64,000 nt of DNA from Isurus oxyrinchus (taxonomy: Eukaryota): positions 744,001 to 808,000 of the forward strand of contig JANJGN010000121.1 of the NCBI GenBank assembly GCA_026770705.1, written 5' to 3'. The position numbers and the translations under genes are program-made. This document shows, in pieces, positions 61,831 through 64,000 of the stretch (position 1 is its first letter; each line of letters opens with the position of its first letter). The notes beneath the pieces are model-generated. The model did not search any database. It was not told the DNA's origin and saw only the letters and a program-made list of their open reading frames with translations.

Positions 61831-62079
61831 GGTAAACAGAACGTGCTGATTACTGAGCCCCGGAACACAACCAGAGACACAACTAGCGAGGGGGAGACCC
61901 CAGCTCCCCGGGGTGTCTCTGAATGTGCAGTGGGAGGCAATGCTGGACATGGGAACCCCGACAATCCCGACGAGTTTCTCTACGCCAATCCCCAAGTCTT
62001 CAGGGTGCCCAGTGGTGATGGGTCTGTCCACAGGGAAGAGCAGACGGAATACGCACAGATCAGATTCAAGAGAAACTGA
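61831..62079 (+). CDS. Gene C terminal cytoplasmic exon (FLYANP + TEYAQI); gene probably non-functional
   Basis: Paralog of the 36616 and 39696 exons, intact acceptor and frame, AATAAA at 62687-62692. Confidence 0.8.
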   Translation, partial: GKQNVLITEPRNTTRDTTSEGETPAPRGVSECAVGGNAGHGNPDNPDEFLYANPQVFRVPSGDGSVHREEQTEYAQIRFKRN

Positions 62080-64000
62080 GCGTGAAAAAGGCAGAGGTGG
62101 TCAGGAGGTTTGTGGATGGTGGCAGGGATGAAGATTCTTGGGAACATGAGACAACCCACTGGGGGAGAGGGGGAGAGAGGGAGGAAGGGACTGAATGGGT
62201 CTGTGGTTGGTGTGGTTTGGAATGAAATGTTTCCCCAGTGACGACTTGATGCTGAGTCATTGGGGACAGAGATTCAGTGTCTCTCTCTCTCGCATTCTGT
62301 CTCTCNNNNNNNNNNNNNNNNNNNNNNNNNNNNNNNNNNNNNNNNNNNNNNNNNNNNNNNNNNNNNNNNNNNNNNNNNNNNNNNNNNNNNNNNNNNNNNN
62401 NNNNNNNNNNNNNNNNNNNNNNNNNNNNNNNNNNNNNNNNNNNNNNNNNNNNNNNNNNATTAACTGGCTTTGTGAAATCAGCTTTTTGTCACCTGTCCCT
62501 AATACCTCATTATGTGTCTCTGAGATGGATTTATATGTAGGTAACAATCCCCTGAAGAGATTTGGGACAGTTTGTTACATTAAGTGTGCCATATAAATGC
62601 AAGTTGTTGCAGGAAAGTTGATCTGCCTCGATTCAGAATGGTAATTCGGAGGGTCCATCGACAGGGCGTGTGTGCAACAGGCTCGCAATAAATGCATTGC
62701 ACAGCAACAACTAAGCATGTCCTTTGATGCTGATGCATCCCAGTCCTGCTGTGTGGACACATCACAACCGAGGGACTGCCTGACTGCGTGCAGCCAACAT
62801 GGCCGAATAGTAATTAGCAGAAATGTGATGTCACTGAACTTTGATGACATTTCAGAATGTGCTTTCTGAATTCTGCAATTTGTTTATTCTGTGATAGATT
62901 ACAAGAAGCCTTTGCATTTTCTATAATATTACATTTATTGTCACAAGGGATTGAAATGCCCAGACAACTCTGTACAGATATATTTTTATTAAACATCTTA
63001 CTCCAGGACAACCTTCCTGCTCCAATCTGTTAATTCATGTCATTGCATTTCCCCACCAAATTATGTAAAATCCTGTGTGCACATTTATCATGAAAATTTC
63101 CCATGTAAACATGTCACACTGTACTTAGAATTTTCTACCAGTGGTGGTGCTGTAAACACACCAAATTCTTTCTCAGAGACTGCAGGACATCTCCCAGTTA
63201 TCTTTACAATATTATTAAAATACAGGGAATGGGGACAATCTTCACACTGTGGTTACGATGTTGTTAAGACAGCTGGTGAAACCAAAACCCCTCCTCCTGA
63301 GGCAGCATCAGTTCTGGCTGTGAGACTCCCACACTTATCCCACGCCCCCTGTTCATTTCTCCATCCCAGCTGTAACTTAGCGCTTTTGGACATGAAGGGC
63401 AGGGCCCACAGGAAAATGTGGAAGGGCTGCCCATCGCAGCTGGAACAAGGATCCTGCCGGGTCTCCCAGGATAGAATGACGGAGTGGGGGAGGGGGAGCA
63501 GTGGGATCAATATCCACACCCTCCCCAACACCCCCATCACTGTCACTACCAAGAGGGAACATCAGTCTCGAGACAGAGACCAGAGTGTGACCAACTGAGA
63601 CAAACTGAGACTGAAACGAGCATCAACCAGTGTCCCAGCAAATAAGGTCAGAGTAGGGGAAATGGGGAAAAGACAGAAAGGTTCTTAATCTGAATGCACG
63701 CAAGAGAGAATCTAACCATCTCCCCTTGACATTCAATGGCAGCACCTTCACTGAATCCCCAAATATCAACAGCCTGGGGGTTACCATAGGCCAGAAAATG
63801 AACTGGGTCAGCCACTTAAACATTGTGGCTACAAGAGCAGCTCAGAGGCTGGGAATCCTGCGGTGAGTAACTCACCTCCTGACTCCTCAAATCCTGTCCA
63901 TCATCGACATAGCACAAGGCAGGAGTGTGAATGGAATACTCTCCACTTGCCTGGATGAGTGCAGCTCCAACAACACTCAAGAAGCTCGACACCACCCTGG

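Overview
Eukaryotic, intron-rich and repeat-rich vertebrate DNA, most likely a cartilaginous fish (inferred from Deu-domain SINE, CR1/L2 LINE and Penelope content). The window holds a + strand cluster of Siglec/MAG/CD22-like immunoglobulin-superfamily lectin receptor genes, which I reconstructed by hand from splice sites and reading phase. Gene A (leader outside the window, to ~9.2 kb) has two tandem V-set exons, one intact C2 exon, a broken C2 exon, and a transmembrane exon with an intramembrane Arg and a short Tyr-free tail, so it looks activating. Gene B (~11.6-40.1 kb) has a PU.1/GATA-type promoter, ONE leader exon, THREE tandem V-set exons (one lacking the essential sialic-acid-binding Arg), three C2 exons, a neutral TM exon and TWO duplicated cytoplasmic cassettes (ITSM only versus ITIM+ITSM). 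Gene C (~50.8-62.7 kb) is a divergent Siglec-like probable pseudogene whose V exon is cut off by a Gypsy gag remnant. The main candidate novel system is a paired activating/inhibitory Siglec-like locus that may diversify by choosing among alternative ligand-binding V exons and alternative signalling tails, with the ectodomains homogenised by gene conversion. The exon structures are read from the sequence; splicing behaviour and function are inference. Repeat boundaries are approximate.
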